This document shows positions 38,801 through 45,922 of a DNA stretch of 64,000 bases, in pieces; the stretch's first letter is position 1; each line of letters begins with the position of its first letter. The translations under genes and the position numbers were made by a program. The notes under the pieces were generated by a model that worked only from the letters and a program-made list of their open reading frames with translations, had not been told where the DNA came from and searched no databases. The DNA comes from Candidatus Angelobacter sp. (lineage in GTDB: Bacteria; Acidobacteriota; Terriglobia; Terriglobales; Acidobacteriaceae): the NCBI GenBank assembly GCA_036497385.1, contig DASXJO010000978.1, positions 2,048 to 66,047 on the forward strand, in the 5' to 3' direction.

Positions 38801-41800
38801 TTTTTGGGCCGGACGGACCACCAGGTGAAACTGCGGGGATTCCGCATTGAACTGGGGGAGATTGAAAGCGCCCTGCGGCAGCAGACCGAAGTCAGGGATG
38901 CGGTGGCCCTCATACGGGAAGAGAAAGATGGTGATAAACGAGTTGTAGCCTATGTCGTGCCTGCAACCGATTCCGCAATCGATCCCCAGCTTTTACGCCG
39001 TGCGCTCGGACGAGCCTTGCCTGAACATATGGTGCCGGCCGCTATCGTAGTTCTGGATGCATTTCCCCTGACCTTGAATGGAAAGCTGGACCGAAAGGCT
39101 TTACCGTCGCCGGAATACAGCAGCATGCTGCCATACAGGCCGGCCCGCACTGCTCAAGAGGAGGTCCTTTGTTCGCTTTTCGCTGAGGTGCTTGGGATCG
39201 AGCAGCCTGGGATCGATGACAATTTTTTCCAACTGGGCGGGCATTCGTTGTCGGCAATGCGGTTAGTAAGCCGCATTCGATCGACGCTTGCGCTGGAATT
39301 GTCGATCAAAACCTTCTTTGAAGCTCCCACTGTGGCTGGGTTGAGCGCGCGTTTACGGGATTCCGCAAAAGGCCGTGAACCGCTCATCCGCCAGCCGCGG
39401 CCGCAGGCGTTGCCTTTGTCACATGCCCAGGAGCGCCTCTGGTTCATCGATCAACTGGAGGCTGGCAGGAGCACACAGTATCACATACCGCTGGCGTTGC
39501 GATTGCGCGGGAAATTGGATACGGAAGCCCTGGAAAAAGCCTTCCACGCGATCCTGGAGAGACATGAGAGCCTGCGGACCCGTTTCATACAGGTGAATGG
39601 CGAGGCCCTACAGGTGATAGAGCCTTACCAGGCAATGCCGATTGAGCTGGAAGACCTGAGCGCGCTGGATGCGGAATCGCAGCGGCTGCGCGTATCGGAC
39701 GCCTTGAATCAAGAATGGGAGAAGGCATTCGACCTGGAACACGGGGCCGGGTGGCGGGTGAAACTGCTGAAGCTGAATGAGACGGAACATGTGCTGTTGA
39801 GGACCACGCATCATATCGTATCCGATGAGTGGTCGGAGAAGATATTCGATCAGGAGTTCGGGGTCCTATACGAGGCATTTCTGGAAAAGCGGCAAAATCC
39901 TTTGCCGCCCTTGCAGGTTCAATATGCGGACTTTGCGATTTGGCAGCGCAGATGGCTGCAACAGGGCGTGTTGCAAAAAGGGCTGAACTATTGGAGACAG
40001 CAGTTGGCCGGGATCCCCGAGCATTTGGAGCTGTCGAAGGACACGCCGCCCTCAGCATCGCCGAGCTTTGATGCCCAGATCCACGAGATCGAGGTCCCCG
40101 CTGGGCTCTTGCCGGGGCTGAAGCGCCTGACCGAACAAGGCAAGGCCACGCTCTACATGAGCTTGCTTGCGGCGTTGGGAGTGCTGCTGTCGCGCTATAG
40201 CAGCCAGCAGGAAGTTGTGGTGGGATCGCCGGTCGCAGACCGACAAGATCCGCAACTGGAAGAATTAATCGGCCTTTTTATAAACCTGTTGGCATTACGG
40301 ATGCGAGTACCGCGCCAGGCCAGCTTTCTTGAGCTTCTGGATGAGGTGAGAAAGATGACCCTGGAAGCCTACCAGCATCAGTATGTGCCGTTCGAGCAAG
40401 TTGTTGACGAGGTCTGCCCACGGCGCAGTTTAAGTCGAACGCCGCTGTTCCAGGTGGTTTTTTCGGTGCACACCGCCATGCGTGAAGGACGATCGCTCAA
40501 GGGCCTTGAGGTGGAGCGGATTCTAGGAGAAGGTGTGCGGACGCGGCACGACATCGAGGTGCATGCATGGGAAGGAAAAAACCGGCTCTGGGTGCATTGG
40601 CTCTATAAGCGCGATCTCTTTTCCGCCCGGCAAATGAACCAGATGGCACAGCACTACGTGCGAGTGCTGGAGGCGGTGGTGGCGGCCCCGGAACAAGCCC
40701 TGGAGGAAATCGATCTGCTTACCGCGGAAGAGCGGCGGATGATCCTGGAGGAATGGAACCGGACAGCAGCTGATTATCCCCAGATGTTCGTGCATCGACG
40801 AATCGAAGAGCAGGCAGCAAGAACGCCCGAGCGTGTCGCTGTGGACTATGAAGGCCAGCATCTCACGTACGGCGAATTGAATCGGCGCGCGAACCAGCTG
40901 GCGCGGCATTTGCTGAAAATCGGCGTGAAAGCTGAATCGCGGGTCGGAATCTGCCTGGAGCGAAGCATGGAAATGCTGGTGGCGCTGCTGGGAGTTATGA
41001 AAGCCGGCGCAGCTTATATACCGCTCGATCCGGAGAACCCAAAGGAACGTTTGCGATTCATGATAGAAGAATCGCAGATAACAGTGGTTCTTTTGCAGCA
41101 AAAGTTTGTCGCCAAGTGTCCGCCGCATCTGCCATGGCTGATCAAGTTGGATACCGGTTGGGAAGTTATCAGCCGGGAAGATGATGAAGATCAGGCCATC
41201 CTTGTTGAATCGGACAATGCGGCTTACGTGATCTACACATCGGGCTCCACGGGGCGCCCTAAAGGCGCCATGAATACCCATCGCGGTCTGGAAAACCGGC
41301 TTGTGTGGATGCAGGAGAAATACAGACTGGGCGGTGATGACAGGGTCCTGCAAAAAACTCCGTTCGGCTTTGATGTGTCCGTCTGGGAGTTCTTTTTGCC
41401 CTTAATAGCGGGAGCGGAGCTGGTAGTAGCTCGCCCGGAAGGACATCGTGATCCTTTTTATCTCGCAAACTTGATTCAGCAGAAGGAAGTAAGCACGCTG
41501 CATTTCGTGCCTTCGATGCTGGCCGCCTTCCTGGACGCAGGCAGAGAGCAGGGATGTGGCAGCGTACGGCGAATCTTCTGTAGTGGAGAAGCCCTGCAGC
41601 CGGAATTGGCGCGGCGCTGCAAGGAGCTGTTCAACGGCGAATTGCACAATCTATATGGGCCCACTGAGACCGCAATCGATGTGTCTTGGCATGAATGCAC
41701 ATTGCATCTGGAAGGCACAGTGCCGGTTGGTAGACCGATTGCCAACACACGGATGTACGTCCTGGATCAGGCCGGGCAGGCGGCTCCTGTGCTGGTCCCG

Positions 41801-42634
41801 GGTGAGTTGTACATAGGCGGCGTAGGGCTGGGACGGGGTTATGTAAACCGCCCGGAGCTGACGGCGGAGCGTTTTGTGCCTGATCACGTGAGTGGCCGGG
41901 CTGGCGAACGATTGTACCGTACGGGCGATGTAGCTCGATGGCGCGAGGACGGCGCCTTGGAATACCTTGGCCGCACGGACCATCAGGTAAAGATACGCGG
42001 TTATCGCATTGAATTGGGAGAGATCGAATCCGCACTGAGACGGCATCCCGCAGTGAACGATGCCTTAGTCACGGCAGGAGACTATCCAGGCTGCGAGAAA
42101 CGCCTGATAGCCTATGTGGTCGCTCATCCGGACAAAGCAGTTGCTGGCGGAACCGGCTCCCCGCAGTCGCGCGCTTCTGCACAACTCCAAACGGAATTGC
42201 CGCTCTACCTCGCACAAGGGCTTCCGGAGTACATGCTCCCTTCAGCTTTTGTATTTGTAGACAGTTTTCCGCTGCTGTCCAACGGAAAGCTTGATCGCCA
42301 AGCCTTGCCTGCTCCAGAGTTTTGGACGCGCAACGAATATGTGCCGCCCCAAACCCCGCAAGAAGCGGCGCTATGCGGTGCTTTTGCCGAGGTGCTGCGC
42401 GTCGAGCGGGTTGGCGTGGACGACAATTTTTTTGAATTGGGTGGAAACAGCATCAGCTCAATCCGGGCCGTAACCAAACTGCGGGATGCCGGGGTGATGA
42501 TCACTCTCCGCGATTTCTTTCATCTGCAAACAGCCAGGAACATGGCGGCGGTTGTGAACTGTGCCGGGCTTGATTCCCTCATAAAGTTGGCAAATCCGGA
42601 AGGGACGCTGATGCAAAGCACGAAAACAGCCTGA
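32891..42634 (+). CDS. NRPS 4 (3247 aa): C8-A8-T8-C9(DCL-like)-A9-T9-C10-A10-T10, no release domain
   Basis: Motifs read by domain:
- C8: IPLSYPQQRLWFIDQL, HHIVFDGWS (from 33425).
- A8: LAYVIYTSGSTGNPRG, WNMYGPTETTIW, NGKLDRNQLP.
- T8: FFELGGDSI (Ser 36038-36040).
- C9: VEDAYPLNYMQMGMVYH, HHAILDGWS (from 36650).
- A9: LAYVIYTSGSTGEPKG, WNMYGVTECSDD, NGKLDRKALP.
- T9: FFQLGGHSL (Ser 39245-39247).
- C10: LPLSHAQERLWFIDQL, HHIVSDEWS (39809-39832).
- A10: AAYVIYTSGSTGRPKG, HNLYGPTETAID, NGKLDRQALP.
- T10: FFELGGNSI (Ser 42449-42451), followed by a 60-aa tail and the stop. Confidence 0.97.
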   Translation: MDTLVSTRIAKLSDAKRLLLEKRLSGAAAAGDCPELVSLSPRPQFIPLSYPQQRLWFIDQLEHGGSTQYNLPAAFRLTGNLDVKILVQAIQAIVDRHEILRTRFVPIQGSPAQMIEPRLTMEIPLHDISSLDADSQKTFILTALERERQQPFDLEHGPLLRVKLLKLKEQEHILLRTTHHIVFDGWSDGIFNQELSALYQAFQDGRENPLLRLELQYADFAIWQRQAMEAGPLEEGLRYWKQKLAGIPTHLNLPTDRLRPARQTFRAKGFYLKVPETAAAELKKLTQESRTTLYMSLLAAFGVLLSRYSGEADVVVGSPIANRNDRRLEQMIGFFITVLAMRLQISGTMNFLELLRETRKTALEAYQHQDVPFERIVDEISPQRSLSRTPLFQVLFAMQNAPWEAQRISGLQTERITGEDLRVRYDMEVHAWEDEGEIWLRWLYNCDLFDSWRIEQMSRHFIHVLEAAAAAPQKALGEIDLLTAEERLEILEGWNQTSADYPRTFVHQLIAEQAARTPERVVADYEGQQLTYGELNRRANQLSRYLVRLGAGPETRVAICMERSLEMLVTLLAVLKSGAAYVPLDPSYPVKRLQYIFEDAEIGIFLTQASIEEHMPAGTGTRIIVDERSAEIDRESSENPDAVAFDHLAYVIYTSGSTGNPRGVQVSHHALTNFLLSMQREPGISELDVLLAVTTLSFDIAGLELYLPMIAGARVKILDRAAISDPRQLLDAMQEVTVMQATPGTWQLVLQAGWSGSQGIKALCGGEALNSELAGKLVRCSGSTWNMYGPTETTIWSSTSSVQAGEEKTSLGRPIANTKFFVLDEWMKPVPRGVCGELYIGGEGLARGYWKRGDLTAERFVPDPFSVKGGERLYRSGDLARYSGEGRLEYLGRCDQQVKVRGYRVELKEIEAALQGHENVKQAAVLVQTDDNGAQLLVAYVAKIGPQEEAPAAETAPEIDAGELRKYLQGILPEYMIPGQYVWMQQLPLLPNGKLDRNQLPNLATLGRSGREYVAPRSEVEKSLCGIWQEVLRQEKVGIEDNFFELGGDSIRAITVIYKSSQLGINIKLVELFEQQTISALAGGLAPALSTAHEPDPIASVALLSANDRALLPEDVEDAYPLNYMQMGMVYHNQLGQKSGLYHDVFSHHIRISEWNPEVFREVLDALAAKHPVLRTSLSLDAYSEPLQMVHRKTHIPVEFHDLSGLSSSLQEETLQRWREEEQKSSFVLSHAPLLRIFIHRRSTESFQYTLSFHHAILDGWSVGLFQMELFREYTRRTGEQAKKHDLAPLRSTFKRAIAREKLSLASEATKSFWSAYLQGWSTPFLPALKPKSSSGEVRRFVTILPAGLKTRLFQVAAALHVPLRTLFLAAHLRIMAFFSGEKDAITGLVCHSRLEEWDGENVLGMFINILPFRQTVRVSTWSELVRQTYARELEIMPHRHYPYAEIFIQNDRIPLFETGFNYTDFHVYAGFRDLNSIEFLGGSNFEATDLAVEVNVIMRGEDGALNLAYDAIRFSSQQIEQLAGYYSAVLQSMAASPDSGTGLQAILSEAQFRQVLYEWHGQTKDMPAALVPDLFEQQVERTPDAVALSYEDRYLSYGGLNEQANQFAHYLISEGRGPEDLIGIYLPRSLEIAVVMLGILKAGAAFLPFDPEFPQGRVASILKGANPALVVSTRKLQRSLPRQVLSLDIEEPGFASALRRMPADNPVNRERKTPLLPRHLAYVIYTSGSTGEPKGAAIEHGGMLNHMLAKIEDLALNERDIMGHTATIVFDVAIWQLWAALLAGGRVHIINGESTGDVLNILRTLHEREVSVLETVPSVLTIMLDAAADEGWPSLRHTIANGEPLTNEMYQRWRRMSRAGHLWNMYGVTECSDDATHYRVEGESREGDVIAVGQALRNTELYLLDDALEPVPSGMPGELYIGGAGVGRGYFRQPGHTADRFIGSPFGKPGSRIYRTGDRMICRPDGVLRFLGRTDHQVKLRGFRIELGEIESALRQQTEVRDAVALIREEKDGDKRVVAYVVPATDSAIDPQLLRRALGRALPEHMVPAAIVVLDAFPLTLNGKLDRKALPSPEYSSMLPYRPARTAQEEVLCSLFAEVLGIEQPGIDDNFFQLGGHSLSAMRLVSRIRSTLALELSIKTFFEAPTVAGLSARLRDSAKGREPLIRQPRPQALPLSHAQERLWFIDQLEAGRSTQYHIPLALRLRGKLDTEALEKAFHAILERHESLRTRFIQVNGEALQVIEPYQAMPIELEDLSALDAESQRLRVSDALNQEWEKAFDLEHGAGWRVKLLKLNETEHVLLRTTHHIVSDEWSEKIFDQEFGVLYEAFLEKRQNPLPPLQVQYADFAIWQRRWLQQGVLQKGLNYWRQQLAGIPEHLELSKDTPPSASPSFDAQIHEIEVPAGLLPGLKRLTEQGKATLYMSLLAALGVLLSRYSSQQEVVVGSPVADRQDPQLEELIGLFINLLALRMRVPRQASFLELLDEVRKMTLEAYQHQYVPFEQVVDEVCPRRSLSRTPLFQVVFSVHTAMREGRSLKGLEVERILGEGVRTRHDIEVHAWEGKNRLWVHWLYKRDLFSARQMNQMAQHYVRVLEAVVAAPEQALEEIDLLTAEERRMILEEWNRTAADYPQMFVHRRIEEQAARTPERVAVDYEGQHLTYGELNRRANQLARHLLKIGVKAESRVGICLERSMEMLVALLGVMKAGAAYIPLDPENPKERLRFMIEESQITVVLLQQKFVAKCPPHLPWLIKLDTGWEVISREDDEDQAILVESDNAAYVIYTSGSTGRPKGAMNTHRGLENRLVWMQEKYRLGGDDRVLQKTPFGFDVSVWEFFLPLIAGAELVVARPEGHRDPFYLANLIQQKEVSTLHFVPSMLAAFLDAGREQGCGSVRRIFCSGEALQPELARRCKELFNGELHNLYGPTETAIDVSWHECTLHLEGTVPVGRPIANTRMYVLDQAGQAAPVLVPGELYIGGVGLGRGYVNRPELTAERFVPDHVSGRAGERLYRTGDVARWREDGALEYLGRTDHQVKIRGYRIELGEIESALRRHPAVNDALVTAGDYPGCEKRLIAYVVAHPDKAVAGGTGSPQSRASAQLQTELPLYLAQGLPEYMLPSAFVFVDSFPLLSNGKLDRQALPAPEFWTRNEYVPPQTPQEAALCGAFAEVLRVERVGVDDNFFELGGNSISSIRAVTKLRDAGVMITLRDFFHLQTARNMAAVVNCAGLDSLIKLANPEGTLMQSTKTA
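42359..42634 (+). other. Terminal carrier protein T10 plus short tail (end of the assembly line)
   Basis: EAALCGAFAEVLRVERVGVDDNFFELGGNSISSIRAVTKLRDAGVMITLRDFFHLQTARNMAAVVNCAGLDSLIKLANPEGTLMQSTKTA-stop. No GxSxG thioesterase, no Rossmann reductase and no further HHxxxD domain follows. Confidence 0.85.
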
Positions 42635-42685
42635 TTTCCGGGCGCAACCCGCATCATTCATGCGGCTATTTCAAGGTGTTCGGGC

Positions 42686-43627
42686 GTGAGTTCGAGAATA
42701 ATGGCAAGACTAGATCGTTGTAGCGCATCCGATTTCGCCGATTCCGGCTTCCAGTCCGTGGGCCTGGGGACAAGCATCGCCCATCACGGCGAGCTGTTTC
42801 AAGGCCAAATAAGGGGTGAAGACGGGCAGTTGCGATATTGCCTGCTGTCACTGCCCTGTAGCCAGCTTGGCTCCAAGGCAACTTTTGTCCCGGACACCAC
42901 CGGTATATGCCGCGTCCACCCGGACTATAAAGAGAAGGTCAAGAGAGTCGTGCAACTTACGCTCTCACATTTTCAGTACGACCATCTGGGCGGGCTCATC
43001 AAGGTAGAAAGCAATATCGCCGAGGGAAAAGGCTATGGAAGTTCGACCGCGGATTGCGTCGCGGGCGCAATTGCAGCCGCGGCGGCGATCGACCACGAGT
43101 TGTCTGAAGCCACTCTGGCTAAATTGGTGGTACGGGCTGAAATCGCAAGTGACAGCATTATGTTCAAGCATGCTGTTCTTTTCGCGCACAGAGAAGGCAG
43201 CCTGATTGAAGATTACCTGCGCCCAGCCCCGAAAATCGAAGTACTTGGATTCGACACCAATGTGGCTGTCCGGGTCGATACGCTCCAGTATGACCCTGCT
43301 GTCTATGGGACGCATCACATACAAGCATTTCACCGGCTTAGAGAAATGCTGGCGGAAGCTATCCGCACCCAGGACGTTCGGCTTTTGGCGCATGTTGCCA
43401 CGGCCAGCGCCGCAATCAATGAGCAATTCCTGCCCAAGCCGATGTTTCAGGAAGTCTGCACCCTCGTCAAGTGCGTTGGAGGCCTAGGGGTTGCGGCTGC
43501 ACATTCCGGGACCATTTTAAGCATTTTATTCGACCCGCAAGATCCTGCTCTCGAAAAACGAATCGACATTCTTCACCGGGAATTGAGCAGCCTGGGTCTT
43601 TCACAGCTGATGCGTTTTCATACTTAA
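42686..43627 (+). CDS. GHMP-family kinase, PduX (L-threonine kinase)-like
   Basis: Blocks that parallel my recollection of Salmonella PduX: SIAHHGELFQGQI (PduX has CGELIQGW), VESNIAEGKGYGSSTADCVAGAIAAAAAI (the GHMP phosphate-binding motif), ASAAINEQFLPKPMF, and LGVAAAHSGTILSILFD. The alternative start is ATG 42701. Confidence 0.8.
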   Translation: MSSRIMARLDRCSASDFADSGFQSVGLGTSIAHHGELFQGQIRGEDGQLRYCLLSLPCSQLGSKATFVPDTTGICRVHPDYKEKVKRVVQLTLSHFQYDHLGGLIKVESNIAEGKGYGSSTADCVAGAIAAAAAIDHELSEATLAKLVVRAEIASDSIMFKHAVLFAHREGSLIEDYLRPAPKIEVLGFDTNVAVRVDTLQYDPAVYGTHHIQAFHRLREMLAEAIRTQDVRLLAHVATASAAINEQFLPKPMFQEVCTLVKCVGGLGVAAAHSGTILSILFDPQDPALEKRIDILHRELSSLGLSQLMRFHT

Positions 43628-43641
43628 GGAGCGGTAATCAC

Positions 43642-44697
43642 GTGAGTGCTACAAAAGCGATATCGCCGGTGAGCTTCGATATTTACCGCCCAGCCTTTGT
43701 CGCGCTGGCGGATAACCTCATTGCGGCCGTATTTCCACTCATGAAAATCTATCCGGCCGAGTACTGTCTTCGGACCGCAATCAAGCAGGGGCTGATCGAT
43801 GATGGCACAGTCATTGTCGAAACATCGTCCGGCAATCTTGCGCTGGGCCTGGCGATTGTCTGCAACTCGATGGGCCAGAAACTCACTATCGTAACCGACT
43901 ACGCTTGCGATCCGCATTTATGCCGTCGATTGACCGATTTAGGAACGAACCTGGAGATTGTGCCCGCGCCTGCCGCTACCGGCGGCTATCAAAGAGCGCG
44001 CCTGGATCGCCTTGAGGAGATCCGGCAGGTGCAGCGCAATCACTGGTGGCTGAACCAGTATGACAATCTGGGAAACTCAGAGGCATATCGGTCGTTTGCA
44101 CAGCAGATTCTGGAAACGGTGGGCCCCATTGATTGCCTGGTAGGGACCGTAGGCTCCGGAGGTTCGGTCTGCGGGACCGCCAAGGCGCTGCGAGAGACCC
44201 TGCCGATGTTACATGTGATCGGGGTAGATACATTCGGGAGCGTGCTCTTCGGCCAACCGGAAAGGCCAAGAGTGCTGCGGGGGCTGGGCAACAGCATCAT
44301 GCCCAAGAACCTCGACCATACCGTATTCGATGAAGTCCACTGGGTTACCGCAGCAGAGGCCTATAAAGCTTCGCGGGTGCTCCACCAAAGAACGGCGCTT
44401 TTTCGCGGTGGAACCAGCGGTGCTTCCTGGCTAGTGGCCCAGCATTGGGCCAGAATGAATCCCGAGGCGCGCGTGCTGTGCATCTTCCCCGATGACGGCT
44501 ACAGATACGCAGACACCATTTACAACGATTCATATCTGGCGGCCTCCGGATTAATTTTGCCTTCCTTGCCAAGCTGCCCTAAACAGGTCGATCAGCCCTC
44601 CGACTCAGGTCCGGAATGGTCGTGGATGAAGTGGATGCGCCGCAGCTTGGTTACCGTGATGCAAATGAACCATGAACAAGCGTCGAGGCTGAGATGA
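43642..44697 (+). CDS. Fold-type-II PLP-dependent enzyme (cysteine synthase / SbnA / cystathionine-beta-synthase family)
   Basis: The track ORF starts at 43471 inside the kinase gene. I place the start at GTG 43642, 10 nt after AAGGAG (43626-43631). Motifs: LMKIYPAEY (PLP-lysine position of the S-x-K-D-R block), VETSSGNLALGLA, GTVGSGGSVCG (the phosphate-binding Gly loop), and GGTSGASW. Confidence 0.8.
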   Translation: MSATKAISPVSFDIYRPAFVALADNLIAAVFPLMKIYPAEYCLRTAIKQGLIDDGTVIVETSSGNLALGLAIVCNSMGQKLTIVTDYACDPHLCRRLTDLGTNLEIVPAPAATGGYQRARLDRLEEIRQVQRNHWWLNQYDNLGNSEAYRSFAQQILETVGPIDCLVGTVGSGGSVCGTAKALRETLPMLHVIGVDTFGSVLFGQPERPRVLRGLGNSIMPKNLDHTVFDEVHWVTAAEAYKASRVLHQRTALFRGGTSGASWLVAQHWARMNPEARVLCIFPDDGYRYADTIYNDSYLAASGLILPSLPSCPKQVDQPSDSGPEWSWMKWMRRSLVTVMQMNHEQASRLR

Positions 44698-45911
44698 AAG
44701 AGTCCGTGATTTTAATTGAGAGTAATACGACCGGCACCGGGCGCTTGTTTGCCCAATGCGTACGCTCTCTCGGATATCGTCCTGTTCTGCTGGCGGAAGT
44801 TCCTTCGCGATACACATATATAAAGGATGACGACATCGATTGCCTGCAAGTCAGAACCTCAGAGCCGTGGGAGCTGCGGGAAGCGGTCAGCCGGTTGGCG
44901 CAGGAGACGCCGATTGCGGGCATTTACTCCAGCTCTGAATATTTCATAGAAGAGGCGGCAACGCTTGCTTCCAGCTATGGTCTGCCTGGCGCCGACCCGT
45001 TGGTTGTGAAGGAGTGCCGCAATAAATATCATCAGCGGCTTCGCCTCAAAGAGGCGGGAATTCCGGTCCCCCGGTTCTGGTTCGCCAGTTCTCATTCAGA
45101 CCTTGCAGAGCTGCTCCAATCCGTTCCGCTGCCCGTAGTGGTGAAGCCTGTTGCTGGAAGCGGCAGCGTCGGCGTGAGGCTATGCCGGACCTACGCTGAA
45201 GTTCTCCAGCACTGCAGCGATCTGCTCAACAGGACTGTCAATGAGAGAGGATTGCCACAACCCTCGGATGTCCTGATTGAGGAGTACCTGGAAGGACAGG
45301 AATATTCTGTCGAAATTTTTGGCAACGCGATCATGGGCATTACTCTGAAGCATGTTTCGCGCGGGCCTTCTTTTGTGGAGATCGGCCACGATTTTCCTGC
45401 CCGCCTGGCCCCCGATGTGAATGAACAAATCGCGCAAACCGCGCTCCGCGCGAGCAAAGCCATGGGGCTGAACTGGGGGCCGATCCATATCGAGATCAAA
45501 ATGACCTCTCGGGGGCCTGCGATTGTTGAGATCAATCCCCGCCTTGCCGGGGGGTTCATACCCGAACTGGTGCGGCTTGCGTATGGGATCGATCTGATTC
45601 GCGAATCCGTGCGCAATATCGTTCAGCACGCCATCGATATCAAACCTACCAGCAACCGGAGCGCATCTATCCGCTTCCTGGTGCCCCGGACCAGCGGCAG
45701 GGTCAGGTGTATTGAAGGTGTGGAGGAAGCCAGAAGCGTTCCGGGCGTAGTGGAAGTGAGGACATACGTTCAGCCTGGAAGCGATGTGCAGCTGCGCGGA
45801 GACTTCCGTGACCGCATTGCCCATGTTATTGCATCCGGCGTTGCCGAGGGAGCGGCGGAGCATTCATCGCAAACGGCTTGCAACAGGATCAACATTGAAG
45901 TGAGTTCGTAA
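44694..45911 (+). CDS. ATP-grasp ligase (405 aa)
   Basis: Shares an ATGA overlap with the upstream gene. Motifs: CRNKYHQRLRLKEAGIPVP, PVVVKPVAGSGSVGVRL, LIEEYLEGQEYSVEIF, and GPIHIEIKMTSRGPAIVEINPRLAGG. Together these form the ATP-grasp fold signature. Confidence 0.8.
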   Translation: MKESVILIESNTTGTGRLFAQCVRSLGYRPVLLAEVPSRYTYIKDDDIDCLQVRTSEPWELREAVSRLAQETPIAGIYSSSEYFIEEAATLASSYGLPGADPLVVKECRNKYHQRLRLKEAGIPVPRFWFASSHSDLAELLQSVPLPVVVKPVAGSGSVGVRLCRTYAEVLQHCSDLLNRTVNERGLPQPSDVLIEEYLEGQEYSVEIFGNAIMGITLKHVSRGPSFVEIGHDFPARLAPDVNEQIAQTALRASKAMGLNWGPIHIEIKMTSRGPAIVEINPRLAGGFIPELVRLAYGIDLIRESVRNIVQHAIDIKPTSNRSASIRFLVPRTSGRVRCIEGVEEARSVPGVVEVRTYVQPGSDVQLRGDFRDRIAHVIASGVAEGAAEHSSQTACNRINIEVSS

Positions 45912-45922
45912 AAGAGAAGAAG

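Noticed and set aside
24500-39115. The idea that the peptide is a calcium-dependent lipopeptide of the friulimicin/daptomycin type. The basis would be the Asp-X-Asp-Gly motif, the diaminobutyrate cassette and the N-terminal C domain.
   Set aside because: The predicted order around Gly is Glu-like, Asp-like, unknown, Gly, which does not give DXDG with confidence. The N-terminal C domain lacks its catalytic His. No acyl-loading genes or TE are present. The resemblance is limited to the precursor cassette.
7492-42661. Dozens of 60-290-aa ORFs in the track that lie antisense or out of frame inside the four NRPS genes. Examples are 8627-9208, 11202-11861, 20874-21572, 22736-23590, 27422-28306, 35453-36118 and 40523-41353. 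The same applies inside the cassette genes (45180-45863, 46426-47184, 47504-48145).
   Set aside because: They are fully embedded in long ORFs that carry unmistakable NRPS or enzyme motifs. Their translations are low-complexity and Arg/Pro/Gly-rich, as expected for shadow frames of GC-rich coding DNA.
43471-43641. N-terminal 57-codon extension of the PLP-enzyme ORF as drawn in the track (MRWRPRGCGCTFRDHF...).
   Set aside because: It overlaps the 3' end of the kinase gene in another frame and has no family similarity. GTG 43642 is preceded by AAGGAG at ideal spacing, and homology to the family begins there.
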